A DNA stretch of 36,252 nucleotides from a virus (IMGVR_UViG_3300020045_003199:1-36252); one strand, 5' to 3'. Shown: positions 15,622 through 25,531, counted from the first letter of the stretch. Made by a program: numbers and translations. The notes: generated by a model from the letters alone, not told the origin.

Positions 15622-16774
15622 TGCCGGTAACATATTCGACCGGACGCAGACAGCCTGGGAGCAGGGTAAAAAAGTAATAATACATCGCGGCGGCACCGGA
15701 TCAGGAAAAACATACGACCTTATGATTTTCCTGATTTTCTTTGTCGCTTTACTTAATCCTAACTGGATTATCACCATCGTTTCCGAATCAAAACCGCATT
15801 TAGATATTGGAGCCATCCGAATACTTAAAACCGTACTAATCAAATCTGGCCTATTCAAATCTGAACAGTTTAATATATCTACTTCTCGCTATACGTTCGA
15901 CAACGGTACTATTATTGAATTCTTTTCCGCTGATAGGATAGACAAAGCACTTGGAGCCAGAAGGAACGTTTTATATGGCAATGAGATAAACAGCTTAAAG
16001 TTTGAGGTATGGGATGAACTGGCCCGCCGTTCTGAATATATTATCGGTGACTTCAACCCAACACAACAATTTTGGTTAGAGAAGTTCATAGAGTATTATG
16101 GTGATATTGCCGTAATTCTAAGCAACTACACAGATAATCCGTTCTTACCCGAAACAGAACGAAATAGGATTATACGCCGCGCTGCAATGGACCCGAACTT
16201 TAAACGTATTCACATAGATTGCGAATATGGGAGTTATGAAGGCTTGGTTTTCACACAGTTCACACAGGTTGACGCAATACCAGACGGATTAGATCGGTTT
16301 TATGGGTTGGATTGGGGTTATACTAATGACCCCACTTCAGTAATTGAGTGTGCAATAAATGGTACAGACATTTACCTGGATGAGAAACTTTACCGCACCG
16401 GATTAACTAATTCTGACATTGCACGTATATTGATTGACTTAAAAATACGCCCGAACTACGATGAGATTTTTGCCGATTCTGCCGAACCTAAAAGTATTGA
16501 GGATTTACTACGTGCAGGATTCAATATAAAGCCGGCAATGAAGGGTGAAGATTCAATCCGGAAAGGTATTGATAAAATGAAGGAATACAACATACATATT
16601 ACCAGCCGTTCAGTCAATTTGATAAAAGAATTCCGTAACTACGCATGGATTTCAGACAAGACAGGGCAACCGACAAACAAACCTTTAGACGCGTTTAATC
16701 ACGGGATTGACGCGAGCCGTTACGCTATTATGACCAAGCTAGGCAATCCCACTCCGGTTGACTTCTTCCTTTAA
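15611..16774 (+). CDS. terL: Terminase large subunit (PBSX/SPP1-like)
   Basis: Walker A GGTGSGKT, Walker B LYGNE, DFNP, nuclease GLDWGYTNDP, DSAEPKSI and NHGIDASRY. Confidence 0.95.
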   Translation: MQIDAGNIFDRTQTAWEQGKKVIIHRGGTGSGKTYDLMIFLIFFVALLNPNWIITIVSESKPHLDIGAIRILKTVLIKSGLFKSEQFNISTSRYTFDNGTIIEFFSADRIDKALGARRNVLYGNEINSLKFEVWDELARRSEYIIGDFNPTQQFWLEKFIEYYGDIAVILSNYTDNPFLPETERNRIIRRAAMDPNFKRIHIDCEYGSYEGLVFTQFTQVDAIPDGLDRFYGLDWGYTNDPTSVIECAINGTDIYLDEKLYRTGLTNSDIARILIDLKIRPNYDEIFADSAEPKSIEDLLRAGFNIKPAMKGEDSIRKGIDKMKEYNIHITSRSVNLIKEFRNYAWISDKTGQPTNKPLDAFNHGIDASRYAIMTKLGNPTPVDFFL

Positions 16775-16775
16775 T

Positions 16776-16818
16776 TTATCAACAAATAAACAAAACAAAA
16801 CAAAGTAGTATATATTTG
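16776..16818 (+). promoter_or_regulatory. Class-A late promoter (portal): TTATCAACA plus TATATTTG
   Basis: Box at 16776-16784, -7 element at 16811-16818 (35-nt offset). Confidence 0.7.
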
Positions 16819-16840
16819 TACACTTTAAACAGCCGGATAG

Positions 16841-18139
16841 ATGCAGCGAAAGGATATATTTAATTCAGCGAAGCCACTAGAGAACCTGGCAAACCAAATA
16901 CTTTATCAATTCGTTTCTAAAGGCACGCCGTATGCACTGCCCGATAATATCCAGACATTTGTAAACGAAGGCTACGCGGGTAATGTAAATATTTACCCCA
17001 TTATTCGTAAGATTGTCAATCCGGCAATAGGGGTTAAATGGAAGGTTGAAGATCGTAACACAGATGAAGAGGCAACAGATCAGACTCTTAACGACCTAAG
17101 AAAGACCCCCAACAAATCACAGTCATGGAATCAGTTTATGGATGAGGCGTTATGTTGGAGGCTTACAACCGGAAACCGTTATATCTATGTTATTACCATT
17201 GAATCAGGACCGAACAGAGGCAAACCAGCCGAAATACATTTATTACCTGCTTCACAGGTTGAGATAATAGGCGGCGATTGGTTGGAACCTGTTAAAGCAT
17301 ATCACCTGACAATAGGAAACACTTATAAGGAAATACCAGCGAGCCAAGTTATACACGGTAAGACTACTAATCTAAAATATGATTTAGCCGGTTCGCAGTT
17401 GTACGGAATGTCACCACTTGAAGCAGCATTGAAGGTTATGACTGCTACTAATGCAGGTTATGACAGAATGAGCCAGCAGTTTGAGAATGGTGGTCCGGAC
17501 GTGATTATAACAGGAACAAAGGAAACGGCAACACAGGAATGGAACGAGGAACAATTCAAAACAGTTTGGGAACGCTTCGTTAGCAAGTTCAGAAAGAAAA
17601 GTAAAGAGCGTTTCATGCTCAAAAACCTACCTGTTGAAGTTCACGAGATTGGAAAGTCAGTAGTTGACCTTAATGTGTTGGAGTACATTAAGTTATCGCT
17701 TCGTGATTACTGCAATATTTACGGCGTTCCTTCCGCTTTGTTAAACGATAATGAGTTTGCCACACAGTCAGCTAATAACCGCGAGTTTCAACGTCAGTTA
17801 TGGAACAATGCTATCATACCTGAACTGGAAATGTTAAAGGATGACATGAATAAAATTGCAGCTATGTATAACGCTGCAACAGGTCAGAACCTTTATTATG
17901 AATACGAATTGGACGACATTCCAGAACTTCAGGAAGATATTACAACACAGGCCGCCGGATTGAGTTCCGCTTGGTGGATGTCAGTAAACGAACGCCGCGA
18001 AGCTATGGGATTGGATGAGTTACCGATGGACGGAGATACTATTTATGCACCGATGGGAATTTCGCCACTGTCAGACCTTACCGAACCGATCACAGACGAA
18101 GAAACCGCAAATAAAGCCTTACATGGATATAAGTATTAA
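16841..18139 (+). CDS. Portal protein (HK97 family)
   Basis: PNK.QSW..F, TGNRY, YGMSPL, YGVPS.LL and SVNERREAMGL. Confidence 0.93.
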   Translation: MQRKDIFNSAKPLENLANQILYQFVSKGTPYALPDNIQTFVNEGYAGNVNIYPIIRKIVNPAIGVKWKVEDRNTDEEATDQTLNDLRKTPNKSQSWNQFMDEALCWRLTTGNRYIYVITIESGPNRGKPAEIHLLPASQVEIIGGDWLEPVKAYHLTIGNTYKEIPASQVIHGKTTNLKYDLAGSQLYGMSPLEAALKVMTATNAGYDRMSQQFENGGPDVIITGTKETATQEWNEEQFKTVWERFVSKFRKKSKERFMLKNLPVEVHEIGKSVVDLNVLEYIKLSLRDYCNIYGVPSALLNDNEFATQSANNREFQRQLWNNAIIPELEMLKDDMNKIAAMYNAATGQNLYYEYELDDIPELQEDITTQAAGLSSAWWMSVNERREAMGLDELPMDGDTIYAPMGISPLSDLTEPITDEETANKALHGYKY

Positions 18140-18236
18140 CATCGAACAGGCATGGAACGCGGTATTACTTTATACCGTGATACAAGTTCAGGTAATGGCG
18201 ATAAGATTAGAACCGACAGGAATAAACCCGAATTAA
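18123..18236 (+). CDS. 37-aa hypothetical protein
   Basis: Bridges the portal stop and the next ATG. Confidence 0.35.
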   Translation: MDISINIEQAWNAVLLYTVIQVQVMAIRLEPTGINPN

Positions 18237-18237
18237 G

Positions 18238-18426
18238 ATGAAAAAGATAATAACAGCGTTTATTTTGGTGATTTTGTTTGCTTCATGCACTAATTTTAAG
18301 TACGATAATATAATTGTAAAAGATGCAAAAGGCAATTATTACAAACTAAAACAATCAATAGGAGTTCATTATACGATTGAAGAAATAGACATAAAACAAA
18401 TTCAGTTGCTTGATTCAATACAGTAA
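18238..18426 (+). CDS. Small lipoprotein inserted in the head module
   Basis: MKKIITAFILVILFASC signal peptide II/lipobox. Confidence 0.75.
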   Translation: MKKIITAFILVILFASCTNFKYDNIIVKDAKGNYYKLKQSIGVHYTIEEIDIKQIQLLDSIQ

Positions 18427-19220
18427 TGGATAAACGCGCAATAAACACAGAACGACAACGAAGCAGATATTACAAGGCTTCACGTTCGATTGTGCGAAGG
18501 GCTTTAAAGACTTACGAAAAACAGTTCATTGAAGATATAAGGAAATGCACCACGCTTGCACAAATGAAATCCGTTGCAGAACGTCCGTTAAGAAAAGATG
18601 AGACAGAAAAAGCAATAGTTAAAGTTTGGGTTCCTGTAAGTAAGCAGTTCGGGGAGTATACGTTCAGGGCGTTGATGCCAGCACAAAAGGCGATTAACTT
18701 CGGACGGTCTAATCCTATCACTGAGGACTATTGGTTCGCCTGGGTTGAGAAACTCCTAAAAGGTTCACTAGGCCAGCGGATTACATTGATTATCGAAACT
18801 ACCCGGGACGTTTTTATTTCAGTTGTTGACCGGATAGCATACGCAGGATTTGAAGAGGGTAAATCTATACAGAAGATTGCCGCCGAAATGATGAAAGACC
18901 TGGATATAACACAGCGATTCAGGGCGGAACGAATAGCAAGGACTGAGGTTATCGGAGCGTCGAACATGAGCAGCCAGGCCGGGGCGCAGTCAACAGGATT
19001 GGAGTTAGATAAGGAGTGGATTAGTTACATAGACGACAGTACCAGAGAATCACACATAGCGTTGAACGGCGCAAAGGTTGATATGAACGACGAATTCAGC
19101 AACGGATTAGAAGTACCAGGCGACCCGTCCGGAGAAGCAGAAGAAGTAATTAATTGCCGTTGCACTGTTGGTTATTCCGCGAAGTCGGGCGGCGAATACG
19201 CATGGGGGAGAGAAATTTAA
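18426..19220 (+). CDS. Minor head protein, SPP1 gp7/Mu F-like
   Basis: RAERIARTE, KEWIS..D.STRESH, PGDP and INCRC. Confidence 0.92.
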   Translation: MDKRAINTERQRSRYYKASRSIVRRALKTYEKQFIEDIRKCTTLAQMKSVAERPLRKDETEKAIVKVWVPVSKQFGEYTFRALMPAQKAINFGRSNPITEDYWFAWVEKLLKGSLGQRITLIIETTRDVFISVVDRIAYAGFEEGKSIQKIAAEMMKDLDITQRFRAERIARTEVIGASNMSSQAGAQSTGLELDKEWISYIDDSTRESHIALNGAKVDMNDEFSNGLEVPGDPSGEAEEVINCRCTVGYSAKSGGEYAWGREI

Positions 19221-19233
19221 TAAACCACACAAT

Positions 19234-19488
19234 ATGAATCTAGTTAAATACATCACATCAAAAGAATACAGGCAAAAAGAGGCCGACATTAAAAAGATCG
19301 AAGCCGCTAAAGCCGAAGCAGACCGGATGCACGAAGCAACAGGATATAAATATTATGTCATTGTTTGGGCGAACGGGTACAAATCCGTTAACATGCAATG
19401 GGTTAACAGGATGAAGAAAATGAAACTACTGCCGAAAACCTACGATTGGTTACGGCTTGAAAAATACTCGGTTTACGTAACAAAGTAA
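19234..19488 (+). CDS. Hypothetical protein
   Basis: Start reassigned to ATG 19234, after AAACCACAC. Confidence 0.7.
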   Translation: MNLVKYITSKEYRQKEADIKKIEAAKAEADRMHEATGYKYYVIVWANGYKSVNMQWVNRMKKMKLLPKTYDWLRLEKYSVYVTK

Positions 19489-19492
19489 AGTC

Positions 19493-20203
19493 ATGGAAAC
19501 AAACATAAAGATTAAGTCGTTCGGAGGTCAGGTAAAGGATGTCGATATTAAAGGCCGCACCGTTACCGGATATTTCTCTACATGGGGATTCCTGCCAACA
19601 GGTCAGGCTATGCCGGATTCTGACGGGGATGTAATGGACAAAGGGGCATTCTCAAAGACATTACAACAGAATGGACCCGCAGCGGCTAATCGGATATGGC
19701 ATTTAATGAACCACGATACAGGAAAACCGATCAACAAACCGAAAGTATTAAAAGAAGATGAAACCGGCCTGTATTATGAAACTGTTTTTCCTGATACAGT
19801 CCTGGCAAACGATGTAATTAAACTTTATGATTCAGGCGCAATTACTGAACACTCGATAGGGTTCAATATTATACAGTCCCGTAACGAACAAAACTATCAA
19901 CTGATTCAGGAAGTCCGGTTATGGGAGGGTTCATCCGTCCTTTGGGGTGCAAATGAAAACACCCCAACAACAGGAATAAAGTCTGAAGAGTTTGCAATGA
20001 AAACAAACCTTCTCAATGAATTGATGCGTAACGGAACCCTATCTGATGAAACATTTATAATGATCGAGAAACTACTCAAAGATATTCAGGCTATTTTCAA
20101 AGGTTCCGGCAACACCGAACATGAAACACCTGTACAACAACCGACTACCGGCAACACCGAAGCGGAGATAATTCACCAATTTTACAAACGTCTAAACTCC
20201 TAA
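19493..20203 (+). CDS. HK97-family prohead maturation protease
   Basis: GYFS, DGD..KGAF, HLMNHD, GLY, HSIGF and EGSSVLWGANE. Confidence 0.93.
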   Translation: METNIKIKSFGGQVKDVDIKGRTVTGYFSTWGFLPTGQAMPDSDGDVMDKGAFSKTLQQNGPAAANRIWHLMNHDTGKPINKPKVLKEDETGLYYETVFPDTVLANDVIKLYDSGAITEHSIGFNIIQSRNEQNYQLIQEVRLWEGSSVLWGANENTPTTGIKSEEFAMKTNLLNELMRNGTLSDETFIMIEKLLKDIQAIFKGSGNTEHETPVQQPTTGNTEAEIIHQFYKRLNS

Positions 20204-20206
20204 AAC

Positions 20207-21424
20207 ATGGAAGACAAAGACCTCGAATTACTCGCTAAAGAAGCTGAGAAAGTCGAAAAAAAGATGGAGAAACTTGTCGATAACAAGATTGATCCTTTAT
20301 TGAAAAAGTTGGCCGAAATGGGCGAACTTACCCCCGAAATGGCAACTGAACTTAAAAGCTACGGAGCCAAATTCACTGCTTTGCAGAAACAATGTGATGA
20401 ACTGGATATTAAACTTCAGAAGGCTAATGTACCTAACCAGGACGCGCCGGTTTACGATCAGATAATGCACATTATCAAAGAATCGAAATGGTTTCCTAAC
20501 TTCACAAAGGAGAATTCCTTTAAAGGTTCAGGAACGTTCGATTTGAAAGGCGTTGACATTATGCAGTATAAAGTCGGAACCGTTACCCGTGTAACCGATA
20601 CTATTCCGCCACAGTTCACACCGTTCCAGTATGTACCAGGCCGTAGATTCCACATCCGCGATCTTATGCCGATTGGTCAGGCTACTAGTAATACTATCTG
20701 GATGCCGTACGAAAGTGCAGTAACTAACGCTATCGCTCGTGTTGCTGAAGGTTCTGCAAAACCTCAATCAGATTTTACTCCTGCTGTAACTAAATGGCCG
20801 ATAGAAAAAATTGCTACCTGGATAAAATTCTCAGAGGAAATTTTGGAAGATATGCCACAGTTCACAAGTTATTTGACTACTCGCTGGTTGGAGTTACTCA
20901 AACAAGCTGAGGATGTTAAGTTGCTTTATGGTACAGGTTCATCCGATATAAAAGGGTTAACCGTTGCCGCCGCTGCTTATGTTGACGTACTGGCCGATGC
21001 AAAAGTTGACAGATATATGATTCTGGATGCTGCCACTACACAATGCCAGACAGCCGGATTCTTCCCGAATTATATCTTCTTACATCCTACCGATGCAATG
21101 AAGTTACGCCAAACCCGTGACACTACCGGAAACCTTGTATTCCCTATCTGGATGGGTGCAAACCCGCTCAATATCAACGGTGCAACAGTTGTGATTCATC
21201 CAGCTATGACCGCCGGTGACTTCCTTATTGGTGATACTGAAATGGGTTGCCAGTTATGGGATCGTAAGGCTGCAAATGTTAAGTTCTATGATCAGAACGA
21301 GGACGACGCAAAAAATAATTTAATTTTGGCCGTATTTGAGGAGCGTCTAGCTCTTGTCACTTACCAGTCGACCGCTTTCGTTTTCGGTGACTTCGTTTCC
21401 GCACTTGCTAAGGGTTCTGCATAG
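20207..21424 (+). CDS. Major capsid protein (HK97 fold with N-terminal delta domain)
   Basis: Coiled-coil N-terminus; VAEGSAKPQS, KIATWIKFSEEILED, LLYGTG and EERL. Confidence 0.95.
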   Translation: MEDKDLELLAKEAEKVEKKMEKLVDNKIDPLLKKLAEMGELTPEMATELKSYGAKFTALQKQCDELDIKLQKANVPNQDAPVYDQIMHIIKESKWFPNFTKENSFKGSGTFDLKGVDIMQYKVGTVTRVTDTIPPQFTPFQYVPGRRFHIRDLMPIGQATSNTIWMPYESAVTNAIARVAEGSAKPQSDFTPAVTKWPIEKIATWIKFSEEILEDMPQFTSYLTTRWLELLKQAEDVKLLYGTGSSDIKGLTVAAAAYVDVLADAKVDRYMILDAATTQCQTAGFFPNYIFLHPTDAMKLRQTRDTTGNLVFPIWMGANPLNINGATVVIHPAMTAGDFLIGDTEMGCQLWDRKAANVKFYDQNEDDAKNNLILAVFEERLALVTYQSTAFVFGDFVSALAKGSA

Positions 21425-21440
21425 TACTTGTATGACTATC

Positions 21441-21472
21441 GAGGGGTAGGGTGATACTTACCCCTCTTTTTT
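21441..21472 (+). terminator. Rho-independent terminator after the capsid gene
   Basis: GAGGGGTAGG-gtgata-CTTACCCCTC followed by T6. Confidence 0.9.
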
Positions 21473-21473
21473 A

Positions 21474-21481
21474 TATCTTTG
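21474..21481 (+). promoter_or_regulatory. -7 element TATCTTTG upstream of the glycosyltransferase cassette
   Basis: Matches TAnnTTTG; 13 nt before ATG 21495. Confidence 0.55.
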
Positions 21482-21494
21482 CTAAAACCACACC

Positions 21495-22061
21495 ATGAAA
21501 GCAGCTGTTATAAACCTCACAACCAGAATAGACCGATTGCACGCAGTCCGCAAACAGTTTGAATCGTTCGGACTAAAAGAATACGACGTATTTCCGGCCT
21601 ACAATTCACCGGATGCACTCCGCGCCAATGCCCGTTCACACATGGAGTTAATTAAAAATGGGTATAATCTAATCTTTGAAGATGATGTTTTCTTTGAGGG
21701 TACAATAGACCAGCTACCGCTATCAGAACTTCCACCCGATTGGGATATATTGTACTTAGGTGGTAATGTTATCGAACCACTTAAAAGGTTTTCAGCTAAC
21801 TTGCACCGATGCACAGCAGCATGGGGTTCATTCGCTATTATGTACAGTCCTTCAGGTTTACAGTATGTTAAGGACTGTTACCGGATTGAACCGTTTACGA
21901 TATATGATGAATGGCTACGGGTAAGAAGTAAGGCCACACTACAAGCCTATATTCTGAGTACACCAATCGCATGGACGCGGGGCGGGTATTCGGATGTTAA
22001 CCATTGTATTGAGAATTACGAACCACAGATGAGGAAGAATGCTAGAGTTAATATTGTATGA
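21495..22061 (+). CDS. Glycosyltransferase, GT25-like
   Basis: INLTTRIDR, RSH, LIFEDD and PPDWDILYLGG. Confidence 0.85.
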   Translation: MKAAVINLTTRIDRLHAVRKQFESFGLKEYDVFPAYNSPDALRANARSHMELIKNGYNLIFEDDVFFEGTIDQLPLSELPPDWDILYLGGNVIEPLKRFSANLHRCTAAWGSFAIMYSPSGLQYVKDCYRIEPFTIYDEWLRVRSKATLQAYILSTPIAWTRGGYSDVNHCIENYEPQMRKNARVNIV

Positions 22062-22888
22062 GGAATATACCTAAGATAGCGCATTTAGTTTGGTTCGGCG
22101 ACCAACACATGCCGTTAATCAACGTATTTACCATTACGACCTTTCACCGATTGAATCCTGACTGGGAAATTAAAGTTTACACTTCGAAGCAAGGTAATAA
22201 AGACTTTGGTACATTGGAGTGGATACCGCCGTATACAGGAAAGGACTATTTCGAACTAATCAGGGCAATGTCATACGTTCAAATTATTGAAGTTGATCTT
22301 AAAGACTTCGATTGTCCTGTTCATGCTCACGTTATTGCAATGACAGACGTATTCAGGCAACAGGTTTTATTCCGTGAAGGTGGTATTTATTCTGACTTTG
22401 ATGTGATATGGTTACGTCCGATGTCGTACTTTACTGAATTGGATTGCATCGGTGATACTTCGGACTTTCAATGTACAGTTAGTTACTTTAAAACTATTGA
22501 CGGGCATCACAACGTATCAAATATAATTGCGGAACCTGGCAGCGAATTTCTGAAATACACTTTATCGAAATGCGCTAACATGCCGCCGCCGTACTCACAT
22601 CAAGCGTTCGGAACTGACTTGTTTAATAAACTATTCCCGTACAAGGAAGATATAGACGCGAAGTTTAACAGGATGTTATTTCTGAAGTATGAGACGTTCT
22701 TTCCGTTCGGGATTTATAACCTGATTGACTTATTCCAGCGACATGATGAAACTCCAGCGTACCAGCCTAATGTAATGGCTGTACATTGGTTCGGTGGGCA
22801 TCCGTTCGCACATGCTTACATTGATAATGACGGGTTTAACAGAAAGTGTGCAATGACAACGATTTTAAAAAGAGAGGGGTTAATATGA
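22058..22888 (+). CDS. Glycosyltransferase, GT32/DXD (OCH1-like)
   Basis: IPKIAHLVWFG, NPDWE, DVFR..VLFREGGIYSDFD and AVHW. Confidence 0.88.
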   Translation: MRNIPKIAHLVWFGDQHMPLINVFTITTFHRLNPDWEIKVYTSKQGNKDFGTLEWIPPYTGKDYFELIRAMSYVQIIEVDLKDFDCPVHAHVIAMTDVFRQQVLFREGGIYSDFDVIWLRPMSYFTELDCIGDTSDFQCTVSYFKTIDGHHNVSNIIAEPGSEFLKYTLSKCANMPPPYSHQAFGTDLFNKLFPYKEDIDAKFNRMLFLKYETFFPFGIYNLIDLFQRHDETPAYQPNVMAVHWFGGHPFAHAYIDNDGFNRKCAMTTILKREGLI

Positions 22889-23850
22889 AAGTACTTTATC
22901 ATTTGCATGCGTATGTTCCTGAGCACAACGCCGGAGCCGAATGGATGGCACACGCTATCTTAAAATGGCTTGTTAAAGAAGGACATGAATGCCATGTAAT
23001 AACTACATGTGAAGCGAACTACGAATATGACGGGGTTAAAGTCTATCAGGATGATTTCGATAACTGTAACCGTGAATGGCGTTGGTGTGATGTCGGATTA
23101 ACGCATTTGGTCCGCGCCGGCAAGGCTTGGAACTGGTCACACGAAGTAAATAAACCGATTGTTTATGTCGTTCACAATACTTTTACTAATCGTTTGGTTG
23201 AAGTAAAGCAGAATTTTGCACTGATATTTAACACTGATTGGGCGAAAGTGGACGCTGTTAATAAGGGTTACAAACATAAAAACATCGTTTTGCATCCGCC
23301 TGTATGGGTTGAAGATTACAAAACAGACCGAAAAGGAGCTGAATATATCACCCTTATTAATTGCTGGGATCGTAAAGGCGGGCATGTACTTGCTGAATTG
23401 GCCCGATTAATGCCAGATCAAAAGTTTCTCGGCGTGCTAGGTGGTTATGGTGAACAGGTGCAAGCTGTATTGCCAAATCTTGAATACATTGAAAACACGC
23501 CGGACATTAAAAGCGTTTACCAGCGTACAAAACTGTTAATCATGCCGTCGGTTTATGAATCATACGGGCGTACAGCGGTTGAGGCTATGTGTTCCGGTAT
23601 TCCTGTAATTGCTTCGGGTACTCCTGGCCTTCGTGAATCATTGGATGATTGCGGTACGTTCTGTTCTGAAGTTTCAGAGCCACATCAGTTGAAGCCGGAA
23701 GAGTTCAAAGAGAAAATTTATCAACTATTTAATGAAACGCTTTACAATGAACTATCTTTGAAGTCTTTGAAACGGGCTGAAGAATTGGAGAAACGAAGCA
23801 TTAAAGAACTTAAAAACCTGGTTAAATGGCTACAAAACTTATCGCACTAA
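22885..23850 (+). CDS. Glycosyltransferase, GT4 (GT-B fold)
   Basis: GAE, RKG and MPSVYESYGRTAVEAMCSGIPVIAS; start reassigned to ATG 22885. Confidence 0.9.
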   Translation: MKVLYHLHAYVPEHNAGAEWMAHAILKWLVKEGHECHVITTCEANYEYDGVKVYQDDFDNCNREWRWCDVGLTHLVRAGKAWNWSHEVNKPIVYVVHNTFTNRLVEVKQNFALIFNTDWAKVDAVNKGYKHKNIVLHPPVWVEDYKTDRKGAEYITLINCWDRKGGHVLAELARLMPDQKFLGVLGGYGEQVQAVLPNLEYIENTPDIKSVYQRTKLLIMPSVYESYGRTAVEAMCSGIPVIASGTPGLRESLDDCGTFCSEVSEPHQLKPEEFKEKIYQLFNETLYNELSLKSLKRAEELEKRSIKELKNLVKWLQNLSH

Positions 23851-24020
23851 GGAACTTTTCAGGACCGAAAACAATGATTCTGAGAGGGGATGTAATAGAA
23901 GTTAACGAACCGTATGTGTCGGATTGGACTGAGGCGGGGTTATGTGCGTATTATACGGAAAGGGCGATGCCGGTAGTTGAACCAGATAAGGCAACATTTA
24001 AAAACATGAAGAAGAAATGA
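23826..24020 (+). CDS. Small head-associated protein typically found after capsid genes
   Basis: ALRNFSG..RGDVIEV....W..AGL; position before the connector. Confidence 0.6.
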   Translation: MATKLIALRNFSGPKTMILRGDVIEVNEPYVSDWTEAGLCAYYTERAMPVVEPDKATFKNMKKK

Positions 24021-24520
24021 TAACCGTCCAAACAGAAGCAACCACCGAACCGCTGACAGTTACAGAGGCAAAAGATTGGCTAGGTATCACAGGCACAACA
24101 CAAGATGCTAAGATACTGGCCGCTATCCCTGCCGCCCGTAAGAAAGTAGAACAACTTTCCGGCCGTTCACTTGTTGAACGTACTTTGAAATTGATACTTA
24201 CAGACTATTCCGATACAGTAATTGAACTACCATATCCGCCTATAAATGCAGTTGATTCAGTAAAGAGTAAAGCGACAGACGGAACAGAGACAACCTATAC
24301 GGCGACTGATTACGCTTTGGTTTACAATCGACTGCATTTTACCGGATTCGATCAGGATATTGAAATAGTCTATTCAACACTTGCCAACACGGAAGAGTTT
24401 TACAAATTGGCAGTTAAAAAGCAATTAGCATACGATTACCGGAATCAATATTCGGATAACGGTTTCGATCAGGAGGTAATTAAAATGATTAGTTCAGTAA
24501 CGCTTAATTTGGGGTACTAA
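24017..24520 (+). CDS. Head-tail connector (HK97 gp6/SPP1 gp15-like)
   Basis: EPLTVTEAKDWL..QD..I.AARKKVEQ..GRSL, LPYPP and YDYR. Confidence 0.88.
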   Translation: MITVQTEATTEPLTVTEAKDWLGITGTTQDAKILAAIPAARKKVEQLSGRSLVERTLKLILTDYSDTVIELPYPPINAVDSVKSKATDGTETTYTATDYALVYNRLHFTGFDQDIEIVYSTLANTEEFYKLAVKKQLAYDYRNQYSDNGFDQEVIKMISSVTLNLGY

Positions 24521-24618
24521 TGAAAGATTCAACGAGAATGAAATTAATAACAGTATTACAAGTTGTTACATTTGTAATTCAAATCATAACACTTGTAATA
24601 CTAACATTATCGAAGTAA
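24520..24618 (+). CDS. 32-aa single-TM peptide, not in the ORF track
   Basis: MKDSTRMKLITVLQVVTFVIQIITLVILTLSK*; TAATG stop/start overlaps at both ends. Confidence 0.6.
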   Translation: MKDSTRMKLITVLQVVTFVIQIITLVILTLSK

Positions 24619-25070
24619 TGGCAGGAACATCAGTTACACTCGATCCTAAGTCACTTGCAAAAGTTATGAAACGTTTGCGGGATATTGAGCGTAATATGAA
24701 CCCTACCGCACGTACACCGATGGGTGATTTAATGAACATAACAGCATTAGATATTACCCGCGAAGCTAAAGCACGTTGCCCTGTTGACACTGGCCGTTTA
24801 CGTTCTTCGATACACCCTAAAATGAAACCGTCAGATTCATTTAGTTATTCTGATAACGCTGGCAAAACATATTCAGGCGGATTGAAAGAGCCGGTACAGG
24901 AAGGAAAAGAAGTTGTAGTTGGTACGAATGTAGAGTACGCAATGAAGCAGGAAATACGCTCAAACTTTTTACACGGTGGAGTTATTGCAGCCAAACCCGC
25001 AATGCAACGCCGCTTAAAATCATTAGCCGCTAAAGTAGTCGGAGGCAAACCAAATATATCTATCACATGA
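24618..25070 (+). CDS. HK97 gp10-like tail component
   Basis: AKARCPVDTGRLRSSI and VGTNVEYA. Confidence 0.88.
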   Translation: MAGTSVTLDPKSLAKVMKRLRDIERNMNPTARTPMGDLMNITALDITREAKARCPVDTGRLRSSIHPKMKPSDSFSYSDNAGKTYSGGLKEPVQEGKEVVVGTNVEYAMKQEIRSNFLHGGVIAAKPAMQRRLKSLAAKVVGGKPNISIT

Positions 25071-25531
25071 AAAGTTCACTGAGTGCCGTACGATCAACAA
25101 TTAAGACAGCAATAACCGCACTTGGATATGCTGTTTACGACCGTCAGCGCAAGGTTAAGGACTATCCGCATGTGATAATCGGAGAGCAAACAGAAGTACA
25201 GGACGGCGACCAGGGGCAATTCGGGCAAATATCTACTATCAATATTGAAGTTTACAACGGATGGGATTCGGACTATGGCGAACGCGATACATCGGATTTA
25301 ATTGTAACTGCTATTACTGAATTAATAACAAAGCCTTACTCCTTAGTATTTACCGGATTCAGTTCACCTGTTCAGGAAGTTGATAATATAATGAGTTCAA
25401 CCGAACAGACGCAGAGTAAAACTATTGTTGTAACAGTTATCCGGTTAAGGTTTCATTTGTTTGAGGAAGTAATAACACCGGCACCGGCTGTGGTTCAATT
25501 CAATTATACATTGAACTCTTTAATACAGTAG
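25067..25531 (+). CDS. Tail terminator/completion protein (DUF3168-like)
   Basis: VYD..YPHVIIGE..INIEVY; position in the neck module. Confidence 0.75.
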   Translation: MKSSLSAVRSTIKTAITALGYAVYDRQRKVKDYPHVIIGEQTEVQDGDQGQFGQISTINIEVYNGWDSDYGERDTSDLIVTAITELITKPYSLVFTGFSSPVQEVDNIMSSTEQTQSKTIVVTVIRLRFHLFEEVITPAPAVVQFNYTLNSLIQ

